Shown here one piece after another: positions 1 to 9,672 of a DNA stretch of 64,000 nucleotides; position 1 is the stretch's first letter; every line of letters starts with the position of its first letter. Location of the stretch: positions 219 through 64,218 of the forward strand of contig MGJA01000007.1 of NCBI GenBank assembly GCA_001794025.1, written 5' to 3'. A program made the position numbers and the translations under genes. Origin of the DNA: Candidatus Yanofskybacteria bacterium RIFCSPHIGHO2_01_FULL_41_21. GTDB taxonomy: Bacteria > Patescibacteriota > Minisyncoccia > 2-02-FULL-40-12 > GWA2-44-9. The notes under the pieces were generated by a model. The model did not search any database and was not told the DNA's origin. It saw only the letters and a program-made list of their open reading frames with translations.

Positions 1-294
1 CTCCCGAAAGATCTCGGTGAGAGGAGTGCCTTCGAGGAAACGGAGGCCCGGAGATTGAGAAATCTCAATCTCGTGCTTGGGCGGCGGTGTGGAGTCGAAA
101 AAGCCATCCAGCTCTTAGGGCAAGGATGGACTGGTACCTGTGTGGACTGCGACGGAGAAATACCCTACAAGAGGATTGAGGTCATTCCGTGGGCCACTAG
201 GTGCACGACGTGTGCCGACAAGAAGACCATGGGCCCCGTTGTCCTTCACACTCGCCGTGGACAGAAGTTTCAGGAATCACAAGTTCTTTCGTAA
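1..294 (+). CDS. TraR/DksA C4-type zinc-finger protein (5' partial)
   Basis: CVDCDGEIPYKRIEVIPWATRCTTC motif; frame is open from base 1. Confidence 0.7.
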   Translation, partial: LPKDLGERSAFEETEARRLRNLNLVLGRRCGVEKAIQLLGQGWTGTCVDCDGEIPYKRIEVIPWATRCTTCADKKTMGPVVLHTRRGQKFQESQVLS

Positions 295-467
295 TTCTTT
301 TCCCCGCCCCCAAACCCGCTAGACACAGTGTCACGACCTCCCAGCCGTGACCTGCCCGCCTGCATCTGCAGATAACCCTTCGTCCGCTCGTCGTCGCTTG
401 TCGTCGTCGTCCGCCCGGAGGGTTTTTCTTTTCCTAGTTCATGTAGTACAATCACCATTAACACCAC

Positions 468-764
468 ATGAAACCTATTATTCTTACATCAAAAGAGATA
501 AAACTAAAATTAAAAAAGCTCCCGGGCTGGAAATTTGCCAACGATAAAATATCAAAACAATTTGAATTCAAAGATTTCATGGATTCGCTGAGATTCGTCA
601 AAAAACTCGCACCATACTTTGAATCCATGGACCACCACCCCGACACCCATATTTTATATAGTAAAGTCCTCTTTGAACTCCAACGTTTTGATGTTGGCGG
701 TAAAGTGACTGAAAAAGATATAAAGGTCGCGACCGAGATAGAAAAGAGATATAAAGAAAACTAA
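468..764 (+). CDS. Pterin-4-alpha-carbinolamine dehydratase family protein
   Basis: LPGW...FEFKDF...DHHPD...VTEKDIKVATEIE. Confidence 0.85.
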   Translation: MKPIILTSKEIKLKLKKLPGWKFANDKISKQFEFKDFMDSLRFVKKLAPYFESMDHHPDTHILYSKVLFELQRFDVGGKVTEKDIKVATEIEKRYKEN

Positions 765-877
765 TTTATTGTGTTATTTTGGGCTCGTACGATACGAAAA
801 TAACACACTTTTAATCCTCAAGGTTCTGTTTTTAGATTCTGGAAAAAAACCGCCAAATACGGTATTATTGATACTTA

Positions 878-964
878 GGAAGCGTGGCTGAGCGGTTGAA
901 AGCACCTGATTCGAAATCAGGCATAGGGGCAACCTTATCGGAGGTTCGAATCCTCCCGCTTCCG
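878..964 (+). tRNA. tRNA-Ser(CGA)
   Basis: Cloverleaf; arm cctga-ttcgaaa-tcagg; long variable arm; GGTTCGAATCC. Confidence 0.93.
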
Positions 965-989
965 CAGTATCATGTTAAAAAATAATTAG

Positions 990-1078
990 GGAGGGGTCGG
1001 ATAGTGGTTCATTCCATCGCACTTGAAATGCGACGTCCCGCAAGGGACCCGTGAGTTCGAATCTCACCCCCTCCGCCA
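990..1078 (+). tRNA. tRNA-Ser(TGA)
   Basis: Arm tcgca-cttgaaa-tgcga; long variable arm; encoded CCA. Confidence 0.93.
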
Positions 1079-1875
1079 TGAAAGCCACAGTCAATATTAA
1101 AACTGTTTTAGTAGGAGTACTGAAAAATAAACGGGATCAGAGAATTCTTCTTAAAAAGCACTGGTACAGAATTCCGGTCGCCCATCTACCGAAACGTAAA
1201 TTTGAATACATCGCTTTCTATCAACCTGCTGGTTTTAGAAAAACAGGTAAACAAATAAGATATTACGCGCCGATTTCCAAAAAGACAATTTCGAAAAGAA
1301 TTAATTTACTACCATATGAACCGACTCATCCCCGAGCAAACGACGATTATCTGCGAGTAGAATTTAAAAAGGTTATCAAACTTTCTCAGCCAATAAAAAA
1401 CATTATTCCGCGATGAATCTCTTTTGGCTTCACTAATCTAAAGACACTGCTTTCAGCAAAAGATATTCTTCAACTCTATGGCGTAATGCCGACGGAAAAA
1501 ATTATCCAAAGAGCGCTTAAGTGTTTAGGAATAAAAACCATTGCCGAATATACGATTTCAAAAAATGGCCGAAAATACCGCTTAGATTTTGCCGTATTTT
1601 GCCGGCAGGGTCAAATTGCGATTGAATGTGATAATCTTAAAGCCCACTCCACCAAAATTCAGGTCTTAAAAGACCGAGAGAAAGACAAATTTCTTAAATC
1701 CCTCGGCTGGCGGACAATACGACTGAAAGAAAAAGACATTATTGAACGACTCAATTTCTGTACCAATAAAATATCAGAACTTGTCAAAACCCTTGGTGGT
1801 CAAAAACCAATACCAAGTATGGAGGAATCCCTCAAAAAGATCTATAATGAAAACGTCTATGTCCCAAACAATTGA
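1078..1875 (+). pseudogene. DUF559/Vsr-like endonuclease gene interrupted by an in-frame TGA at 1414-1416
   Basis: ORFs 1051..1416 and 1486..1875 share one frame (IIPR*ISFGFT); C-terminal half has YRLDFA...IAIECD...DKFLKSLGWRTIRL. Confidence 0.7.
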
Positions 1876-2416
1876 TTTAAGAAAAAAAGAAAAAATTTCT
1901 GAACCGGAACCGATCATAGAACCGGCCATTGAAGTTAAGACCGAAATTCCTATCATACCGGAAGCATCGGATATTCGTTGGTCAACACATCTTTCCCCGC
2001 CTCATCGGCGAAAACAAGTTATATATACCACGATTGGGTTATTAATTACCGCAGGCCTTGTTGTCTATTTCACTAATGATTTTCTTTTCCCTATTGTGCT
2101 TATTTTATCTGCTGTTGTCATTAATTTAAATATGACCAGGCCCCATCGTCAAAGTGAAATTAAAGTTCATGCCACCGGTGTCTCAATTGACGATCAAAAC
2201 CACCACTATGCCGATATGAAGTCCTTCTGGATTGAATATCAGCCCAATTTAAAAGAGTTAAGCATTGAATTAAAAAAGGGTTATACCTCAAAAATTAAAG
2301 TCCCTCTAGGAGAAACGAATCCTTTGGAAATCCGCCAAGCCATGGTATCCTACGTACCAGAAAAAGAGCATGAGCAATCACTCTTGGACCACATCGTTCG
2401 ACTAATAGGAATCTAA
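1847..2416 (+). CDS. Hypothetical membrane protein (two TM helices)
   Basis: Two hydrophobic segments followed by a soluble domain; start uncertain. Confidence 0.6.
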   Translation: MKTSMSQTIDLRKKEKISEPEPIIEPAIEVKTEIPIIPEASDIRWSTHLSPPHRRKQVIYTTIGLLITAGLVVYFTNDFLFPIVLILSAVVINLNMTRPHRQSEIKVHATGVSIDDQNHHYADMKSFWIEYQPNLKELSIELKKGYTSKIKVPLGETNPLEIRQAMVSYVPEKEHEQSLLDHIVRLIGI

Positions 2417-2418
2417 TA

Positions 2419-2462
2419 CAATAACTAAAACTACCACGAATTCGTGGTAGTTTTAGTTATTG
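2419..2462. terminator. Perfect 44-bp palindrome between convergent CDS and tRNA; probable bidirectional terminator
   Basis: caataactaaaactaccacgaa|ttcgtggtagttttagttattg. Confidence 0.6.
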
Positions 2463-2535
2463 GTGCTCTCGAGAGGAATCGAACCTCTATCATAGCGTCC
2501 GCAACGCTACGTCCTATCCGTTGAACGACGAGAGC
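2461..2535 (-). tRNA. tRNA-Arg(GCG)
   Basis: Minus-strand arm tagcg-ttgcgga-cgcta; GGTTCGATTCC; CCA end. Confidence 0.9.
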
Positions 2536-2631
2536 AAACTTAAAGTCCAATTACTTTAACATGTTTTTGTGGCTTTGCCCAGTTAGTTGACTCTTTATGG
2601 TTTTTAAAAAAAGAGTACAATAAGGGCCAAC

Positions 2632-4836
2632 ATGGACCTATCTCTTCCGATTGAGAAATTAAAGAATGTCGGTGCCCGCAATCTTCCCCGCCTTCATAAG
2701 TTGGGCATTAAAACCCTCCGAGATTTGTTGTGGCATATCCCCGCTCGCTATGAGGATTACAGCCAGATTATTCCTATCGCCGACTTGGTCCCCGATCAAA
2801 AAGCTACCGTTCAAGGCACCGTTGTCAAAATTAGTAGTCGACGTATCTTTCCCAGACGGTTAGTAATCATTGAGGCCATCATTGAAGACGATTCGGATAC
2901 AATTAAAGCCGTTTGGTTTAACCAACCCTACATCGCTACCACACTAGTTGAGGGCACCCGCGTTAGCTTGGCCGGAACCGTTAAACTTGATAAGCGTGGA
3001 CTATATCTGGCCAGTCCCAGCTATGAAAAGCTCCACACCGACGATTATTTCGCCTATCACCTCACTCACACCCATGGCCTTATCCCTGTTTATCCTGAAA
3101 CCGAGGGTGTCAGTTCAAAGTATCTAAGATTTTTAATTAAGCCCATTATTTCCGAGTTAGTTATTGAGGATCATCTATCCGAAGAATCCCGAATGCGGAA
3201 TGGCCTCATTGACCTAACCACTGCCCTGCAAAAAATTCATTATCCCCTCACTCTGGCCGAAGCCGAACAGGCCAAAGAACGCCTCGCCTTTGACGATTTG
3301 CTGTTATTCCAAATTAAAGCCCTCCTTGAACGAAGAAAAATAAACCAGCTCAAATCTCCCGCTATCCCGTTTGATAAGGAACTAGTCACCGACTTTATCA
3401 GACATCTTCCTTTTGAATTAACCAAAGATCAAAAAATAGCGGCTTGGGAAATATTAAAAGACCTTGAAAGGCCCTACCCCATGAATCGGCTTATGGAGGG
3501 AGATGTCGGTTCCGGCAAAACCGTCGTCGCTTTAATTGCCGCCATTCAAACCGCCCAGGATGGTTATCAAACCGTTTTCATGGCCCCGACCGAAGTCCTT
3601 GCCCACCAACATATGGAAACAATTCGCAAGCTTGTCGCTCATACCAATATTGAAGTTGGATTATTGACGAGTTCTACCGCTTGGACCACTTATAGCTTGG
3701 GCAAGAAGCCGGAAATTAAAAAACGCATTGCCCGAGGCGACACTAAAATAATCATTGGAACCCATGCCATCTTACAAAAAGACGTTGAGTTCAATAACCT
3801 TGCCCTGGTTGTCATTGATGAACAACATCGCTTTGGTGTCGCCCAACGCGCCGCCCTTGTCAAAAATAAGGAACTTGTTCCCCATTTGTTATCAATGACT
3901 GCTACACCCATCCCCCGCACTCTCGCCCTCACCATCTATGGCGACTTGGATATTTCTATCATTAAAGAAAAACCAAAGAATCGCCAAAAAATTATCACCC
4001 GCATTGTCCCCCCTTCCGGCCGACAGGAGGCCCATCAATTTATTCGTTCAGAAGCAAAAGCGAGCCGACAAGTTTTTGTCATCTGCCCGCGCATAGAGGT
4101 GAGTACTGTGACAGCAACTGGAACCTTACCCTTAAGCCCCAGTAGCGGAGGGGGTCCCTCTGGGGGAACCGCCGGGACTGGTTCCCCGGGTCTGGGGCGA
4201 GAGGGTAAGGTTTCAGTTGCCAAGCAACAAAAACTTGCTTTAGCTCAAGATATGAAAGCGGTCCAGGAGGAATACAAAAAACTATCCGAATTGGTATTCC
4301 CAGATTTAAAAGTAGGTATGCTTCACGGCAAAATGAAACCGAAAGAAAAAACGGAAATCATGAATCGTTTCAAAGAGGGTTTTACCGACATTCTCGTTTC
4401 CACATCCGTCATTGAAGTCGGCATAGATATTCCTAACGCCACCGTGATGATGATTGAAAACGCCGACCACTTCGGTCTCGCCCAACTTCATCAATTCCGA
4501 GGACGCATCGGTCGGGGCGAACATCAATCAACCTGTCTTTTGTTTACTTCCGGCGCCGAAAAAACAAGCAACCAACGATTGAAAGCTCTTGTCACAACTG
4601 ATGACGGCTTCCTTCTTGCTGAAAAAGACATGGCCATCCGCGGACCCGGCGAATTCTTCGGCACTGGCCAATCCGGCCTCCCTGACCTGGCAATGGCTGC
4701 TCTCGCCAACGTTGAACTAATTAAAAAGTCCCGCGCTGAAGCACGACTTATTCTCACCGAAGATCAGAACTTAACCAATCACCCCGAACTAAAACAACAA
4801 CTATTGAGATTCCAATCCATTATTCATTTTGAGTAA
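2632..4836 (+). CDS. recG: ATP-dependent DNA helicase RecG (with in-frame palindromic insertion)
   Basis: GDVGSGKT, DEQHRFG, MTATPIPRTL, QLHQFRGRIGRG, RGPGEFFG. Confidence 0.97.
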   Translation: MDLSLPIEKLKNVGARNLPRLHKLGIKTLRDLLWHIPARYEDYSQIIPIADLVPDQKATVQGTVVKISSRRIFPRRLVIIEAIIEDDSDTIKAVWFNQPYIATTLVEGTRVSLAGTVKLDKRGLYLASPSYEKLHTDDYFAYHLTHTHGLIPVYPETEGVSSKYLRFLIKPIISELVIEDHLSEESRMRNGLIDLTTALQKIHYPLTLAEAEQAKERLAFDDLLLFQIKALLERRKINQLKSPAIPFDKELVTDFIRHLPFELTKDQKIAAWEILKDLERPYPMNRLMEGDVGSGKTVVALIAAIQTAQDGYQTVFMAPTEVLAHQHMETIRKLVAHTNIEVGLLTSSTAWTTYSLGKKPEIKKRIARGDTKIIIGTHAILQKDVEFNNLALVVIDEQHRFGVAQRAALVKNKELVPHLLSMTATPIPRTLALTIYGDLDISIIKEKPKNRQKIITRIVPPSGRQEAHQFIRSEAKASRQVFVICPRIEVSTVTATGTLPLSPSSGGGPSGGTAGTGSPGLGREGKVSVAKQQKLALAQDMKAVQEEYKKLSELVFPDLKVGMLHGKMKPKEKTEIMNRFKEGFTDILVSTSVIEVGIDIPNATVMMIENADHFGLAQLHQFRGRIGRGEHQSTCLLFTSGAEKTSNQRLKALVTTDDGFLLAEKDMAIRGPGEFFGTGQSGLPDLAMAALANVELIKKSRAEARLILTEDQNLTNHPELKQQLLRFQSIIHFE
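4114..4220. mobile_element. ~107-bp structured miniature element, in frame in recG
   Basis: Terminal stem gcaactggaaccttaccct/agggtaaggtttcagttgc; core homologous to 18323-18436. Confidence 0.75.
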
Positions 4837-4896
4837 AAGAAAAGGCCTCGACACAGGAGGCGTCACGCCATGCGTGAGACCTTCCCTGTCGAGACC

Positions 4897-5007
4897 TTAG
4901 AACCGAACTGGTTGTTGCTTGGGGCGGCAGCCAGTGATGGTCGAGCCGTTGCGCCGACGAAGCTTCTTCAACAAACGCCGGAAAAATCCCTCTCTCTTTT
5001 TCTTCAT
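4897..5007 (-). CDS. Small cationic peptide, 36 aa (MKKKREGFFRRLLKKLRRRNGSTITGCRPKQQPVRF)
   Basis: AGGAGG SD upstream; consensus promoter at 5031-5060; downstream hairpin. Confidence 0.5.
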   Translation of the reverse strand: MKKKREGFFRRLLKKLRRRNGSTITGCRPKQQPVRF

Positions 5008-5030
5008 GCCTGTGTCCTCCTAATCATCCA

Positions 5031-5060
5031 ATTATAACACGAAACATAGATATCTGTCAA
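5031..5060 (-). promoter_or_regulatory. Sigma70-type promoter TTGACA-18-TATAAT with extended -10
   Basis: Minus strand ttgaca gatatctatgtttcgtgt tataat. Confidence 0.7.
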
Positions 5061-5102
5061 ATTTTCGGTTTTTTATCGGTCCTAAGTTCTAATTCCTAAG
5101 TC

Positions 5103-6728
5103 CTACTTTCTGCCTTTCGGTGTTACCCAGAAACCCATATACCGACCAAACATGAGACGGGTTTGGGCATCTAGGGCGGGAATGGCGCCAAAGAAAATAA
5201 AGTTGATGGGGAACAAAAGCCATTGAAGGGCCATCCAGAGCCATTTAAACCGGCCGTATTGAGGCGGTTTTTCGGGAAGTAAAATAACACTCATAATCGC
5301 CGAGGTTACGAGACCAAGCAGGGCGATGTTCATAATAGCACTGGTGATACGAGGTAAGTTATAAGAAAGAATTGATGTCGTAAAAGTTAGTCCCCCGACC
5401 CAAAGAGGAAGCCAGCTCAATAAAAAGATTATTAAAGCATTGGTTGGACTGGAATGAGTGCGTTCAACCTGAATAAGTGTTTGATGCCATTTTTGACTGG
5501 AAGGAATTTTTTTGTTCTTAATGAATCCAAACATGAAGTAAGGATTATTTTCGGCGCCATAATGCCAACGACGAATCTGTTTATATTGATTTTTTAGAGT
5601 TTGCCAGAAAGTCGGACCGACATTAGCATCCATATAGACGGGATAATACATGGGAACGGTCTGCCAGTCGCCGTCATAACGCAAGAGGCATTGCCAATAA
5701 ATACGCGAGTCCTCACTAACGACATTCTTTTGCCAGAAACCGACATCAACCAAGGCCTGAAACCCAACTGAATGAGAAGAAAAAGTAACCATCTGCTCTT
5801 TACGGGACTGCTGAATCATTTGCCAGAATGTGGTTGAGAATGCAAAAACCCGAGCAAAAGCCGGGGCTTCCCAAATATTATTGGTAAAGATTGGAATGGG
5901 CTGGAATGAAGAATGCAACGGATCCGGTGCTGTCAAATAGTACCAAGATAAGCAAGCAAAGAAATCAGCCGGCACGACGGTATCAATATCAAAAACCGAA
6001 ACAATAATTCGGTCATAAGGAATGTTCAGTATATCAATGATTTCCCTTTTAACCTGTTCCCCCGCCCAGGCCTCATTTGATCCTTTTCCTGCTAATTCTC
6101 CGGTGATATTATCGGGATGGGTCGTGACGATAAATTTAAAAAAGGCATTACCAAACTCCGCTTCGGCCTGACGGGCCAATTCAACACTATGCACACCGGC
6201 CCGAGCTTCAGTCGCCAAAACCACAATCATTTTATCTTTAGGATAGTTGCTTTTAAAAATTGCATTTAAACTATCGCGGACGATGGAATATGGCTCTTTG
6301 TATGCCGGCAAAATAATGAGATTGAAAATGTTTTCCGCGCCAATTCCTTGTAACTTTGGATTTTCAGGAACAGAAGCGAGTCGATTAGTCCAATCAACCT
6401 TCAAATTGTGCCTCATTTTTAAAAATGATGACCGAGTCAAGACAGAAAGATAAATGGTCTTAATGAGCCAATAGATATCAAAAAGGATAATAAAAAAAGT
6501 GGCAAAGACCGGTGCTTTAAAAGAAACGAGAACAACCACCGCTAAAGTAGACCAGGCCAAAAAACCTGGAAAAACTTCCAATATTCTATACAACCGGCGG
6601 TCATGCGGATCCGCCAAGTCAAAAGCATTACCAACATGAAGATAATCAAGCATCCAGGTAGTAGATCTCCCGAAGTTTAAAAATCGCCCAGGCAGTCGGG
6701 AGTTCACTACCTGGTTCAGAGTGATCAT
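5103..6728 (-). CDS. Membrane glycosyltransferase family 2
   Basis: ILPAYKE, GKGSN, FDIDT, SEDSR, QIRRW motifs; flanking TM helices. Confidence 0.85.
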   Translation of the reverse strand: MITLNQVVNSRLPGRFLNFGRSTTWMLDYLHVGNAFDLADPHDRRLYRILEVFPGFLAWSTLAVVVLVSFKAPVFATFFIILFDIYWLIKTIYLSVLTRSSFLKMRHNLKVDWTNRLASVPENPKLQGIGAENIFNLIILPAYKEPYSIVRDSLNAIFKSNYPKDKMIVVLATEARAGVHSVELARQAEAEFGNAFFKFIVTTHPDNITGELAGKGSNEAWAGEQVKREIIDILNIPYDRIIVSVFDIDTVVPADFFACLSWYYLTAPDPLHSSFQPIPIFTNNIWEAPAFARVFAFSTTFWQMIQQSRKEQMVTFSSHSVGFQALVDVGFWQKNVVSEDSRIYWQCLLRYDGDWQTVPMYYPVYMDANVGPTFWQTLKNQYKQIRRWHYGAENNPYFMFGFIKNKKIPSSQKWHQTLIQVERTHSSPTNALIIFLLSWLPLWVGGLTFTTSILSYNLPRITSAIMNIALLGLVTSAIMSVILLPEKPPQYGRFKWLWMALQWLLFPINFIFFGAIPALDAQTRLMFGRYMGFWVTPKGRK

Positions 6729-6741
6729 TAAACCACAAAAA

Positions 6742-7734
6742 CTAACTTAAAGCAAGCATAAACAAACCGTCTTCCAAATCACGTTTGCCCTGTTTTGTCC
6801 CCTGTTCAAGGTCAAGTATTTCTTGATAGAGACGCTTAATATCAATTAAAGAAAGACGAGCCGTTGCGGAAAGCATTTTCTTGACCACGAAAGGATGGAT
6901 GCCGGCTTTTTGAGCAATTTGGGCTGAAGAAATGTTTCTATCGGCAAAATCTTTAACCATGAGCATATTACGAAATTGGTACATTACCATTGAAAGAAGG
7001 TAGTACGGATCACGACCATGGGCAAGTTCACCACAGAGTAATGAAAAGGCCTGGGCCTTACGACCAGACCCGAGAGCATCAATAAATTCAAAAACATTTG
7101 GCTCGGTCTCGGTTTTGATTAGAAGGTCTATATCTGCAATTGAAATAGTGTTCTTGGAGTAATTAGCCAATTTATTAAGATTGTGAATCCTAGCCCAACT
7201 ATCCATTCCACCAATCGCTATAAACCTTGCCAATGCCCCTGATGCAAATGATACTCCTAGAGTAGCAACTTCTTTTTTAATCCAGGCCTGCAATTGAGCC
7301 CCTTCAAGATTTGTAAAATTACGAATTAGATTTTTTGAGTCAGAAAGAAATGCTAATAATTCTTTCGGTCTGGCTTGAGTAACAGTCCCTGAATGGGTGG
7401 CTAGGATTACAATCTCTTTACTGGTAGCGATTTTGTGTTTTGTAAAAAGTTCATGTAAATCCTTCGCCGTCTGTAAATTGCTAAAGATATTATTAATAAG
7501 AATAAGTTTTACTTCGTCAAAAAGTGAAACACTTTTGATTGCTTCCGTCACTTGAGCTATCACCGATGGTAATGCGCCCCGCCCGACTGAAGGACTCCAG
7601 TCGTTCGGGCAGGCATCAATACGAAAAAAATTAAAACCACTACCATGTTTGGCTTTATAGCTCTTAATTACGGACTCACGGTTTTCGTATAAGCGAAATG
7701 TGTCATCGCCATAAAGAAAAATAATCATTGCCAA
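6742..7734 (-). CDS. holA: DNA polymerase III delta subunit
   Basis: IFLYGDD start; NVFEFIDAL; IHPFVVKK; start may be 7728. Confidence 0.85.
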   Translation of the reverse strand: MAMIIFLYGDDTFRLYENRESVIKSYKAKHGSGFNFFRIDACPNDWSPSVGRGALPSVIAQVTEAIKSVSLFDEVKLILINNIFSNLQTAKDLHELFTKHKIATSKEIVILATHSGTVTQARPKELLAFLSDSKNLIRNFTNLEGAQLQAWIKKEVATLGVSFASGALARFIAIGGMDSWARIHNLNKLANYSKNTISIADIDLLIKTETEPNVFEFIDALGSGRKAQAFSLLCGELAHGRDPYYLLSMVMYQFRNMLMVKDFADRNISSAQIAQKAGIHPFVVKKMLSATARLSLIDIKRLYQEILDLEQGTKQGKRDLEDGLFMLALS

Positions 7735-8732
7735 GTGGGGTTAATCTCTATCCAAATCTGGCCGGGCACAAATTTGATTTCATCACCGCTGGAATTATAA
7801 AAGTATAGTTTTGAATCAAGTTTCTTGGGGTCTTTCTTCCATGTCCCAGTGATTTTTATACCATTCTGATATATTTCAGCGCTCCCCTCTCCTGTCGTTT
7901 TCACCACAATATATTGATCACCTTCATACAAAATATGTGAGGTCGTATTCATAACAGCAACTACACTAGTTGTAACCTGTTGGTTGGTATTCTTATCAAT
8001 TTCCGGCTTTCCTCCACGAGAGCGAGAATATAGATTTGTACTTTGATCATATATCCATGAAACATTATTTGGATATGAATAAAGATTTACTGTCGTTGCA
8101 ACATTAGAAATATTTTTGGCGGGCATTTTATCAGCATGCGGATAGCCGACAAAATCCTTCGTTAAACTATAATAAAATGTGTTCGCCTGTTTCAAGATCA
8201 GATCCAAATTGGAAAATCCGTTATGAGGCGGTTTAACGCCCGACTTTCTATAAAATATCGTGCCGTCAAATTGAAGAGCATTGATATTATCCATAACATG
8301 ACTATCAAGTTCAGCCAAAGCACCATGTTCCCCGCCCCAATGAGCATATATAGTATTAAATCCCGCGGCTAAGGGAATAAAATCTTCCCGAGCTGAACGA
8401 ATTGAACCTATTTCTTTCGGTGTCTGACATTGATACACGCTCATAAATCGAGTTACTCCGTTGGGTGTCACCGGCATCTCAACCACTAAATCAGCTACAC
8501 CAATACCTGATAACGGTCTGGCCTCCGGGTCAGAAGCCATCATCACGGCTATTGGTCGACGTTGAGCATTTTCACAATTAAGACCAGCTATGGAACTGGG
8601 CTTTTTAGATATTTCATCAGAAGGTGATGAACCAATAGTAAAACTACGGCCAGAATTAAAAAGCCAGATTAATAATCCGAGCACTATAACAATTCCACCA
8701 ATAGTAATTTTTTTACGCTTTATCCTAATCAT
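7725..8732 (-). CDS. DUF3048-family membrane-anchored protein
   Basis: RPIAVM...ARPLSGI...GVTRF...IGSIRSAR...PHN. Confidence 0.8.
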   Translation of the reverse strand: MIRIKRKKITIGGIVIVLGLLIWLFNSGRSFTIGSSPSDEISKKPSSIAGLNCENAQRRPIAVMMASDPEARPLSGIGVADLVVEMPVTPNGVTRFMSVYQCQTPKEIGSIRSAREDFIPLAAGFNTIYAHWGGEHGALAELDSHVMDNINALQFDGTIFYRKSGVKPPHNGFSNLDLILKQANTFYYSLTKDFVGYPHADKMPAKNISNVATTVNLYSYPNNVSWIYDQSTNLYSRSRGGKPEIDKNTNQQVTTSVVAVMNTTSHILYEGDQYIVVKTTGEGSAEIYQNGIKITGTWKKDPKKLDSKLYFYNSSGDEIKFVPGQIWIEINPTWQ

Positions 8733-8751
8733 ATTAATTATTATATCATGG

Positions 8752-9630
8752 CTACTTTACCACTTGATGAACAGGACAGAAATGACCGGACCGACCGCCA
8801 AGTTTGAGACGCTTTATCACTCCCCCGTCTTTCCGACTACATTTTTCACCAGTCCGATGATACGCTTTGTGAAGATTTTGAAAATTACCTTTCGTACCTG
8901 AAGGTGTTCTGTAATCATCCATACTTGAACCCTTATGTTTGATTGCTGACTTTAAAATACTTACCATCGCCATATATATTATTTTAAGATCTTTATCATC
9001 CAAATGCTCTACCCTTGATATTGGATGCAAATTTGCCCGCCACAAAATCTCATCGGCATAGATATTACCGATACCGGCAATGAAATGTGGATCCATAATA
9101 ACCTGCTTAACTCTCCCCTTTTTATTGGTGAACAATCTTTTAAATTCTGAAAATGAAATTTCCAACGGCTCCGGGCCAAGTTCGCGAATCTCTTTTAAAT
9201 CATCAACTTTTTTGTCATCAACAAGAATAATCTTTCCGAAACGGCGCAAATCCGCCAAAGCCAACTGATAACCATTATTTAGACCCATTATCACCCTGAT
9301 ATATTGATTATTTCGGTCATCACGCAAGGGTCCCGCGATAGTGCTAGTCCATTTTTTATCTTTGAACACCCACTTACCGTACAACAAATGGCCCGACATT
9401 TTTTGGTGAATAAAGATAGTTTTCCTACCTTCAATATCTAAAACAATATATTTTGCCCGGCGGCGGACACTTAATATCTTCTTATTTCTGATTTCTTTTT
9501 TGAAACGCTCTAATCCCCCTGCCTGATGCAATGTTTTGGCCCAATCTGTCCAAGCATCTTTAAACCGCAGACCAACTAGATCCTTGCGTAATTCCCTCAC
9601 AATTGTTTCCACTTCCGGTAGTTCTGGCAT
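8752..9630 (-). CDS. mutM: Formamidopyrimidine-DNA glycosylase
   Basis: MPELPEVET; GIGNIYADE; C-terminal zinc-finger-like FCPVHQ. Confidence 0.96.
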   Translation of the reverse strand: MPELPEVETIVRELRKDLVGLRFKDAWTDWAKTLHQAGGLERFKKEIRNKKILSVRRRAKYIVLDIEGRKTIFIHQKMSGHLLYGKWVFKDKKWTSTIAGPLRDDRNNQYIRVIMGLNNGYQLALADLRRFGKIILVDDKKVDDLKEIRELGPEPLEISFSEFKRLFTNKKGRVKQVIMDPHFIAGIGNIYADEILWRANLHPISRVEHLDDKDLKIIYMAMVSILKSAIKHKGSSMDDYRTPSGTKGNFQNLHKAYHRTGEKCSRKDGGVIKRLKLGGRSGHFCPVHQVVK

Positions 9631-9672
9631 GATTAAATCATGCCAGAACTACGAAACCAAGTCCAATAAATT

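Noticed and set aside
1414-1416. UGA recoding (genetic code 25)
   Set aside because: Long genes here have no internal TGA, and tsaE, comF and avd end in TGA.
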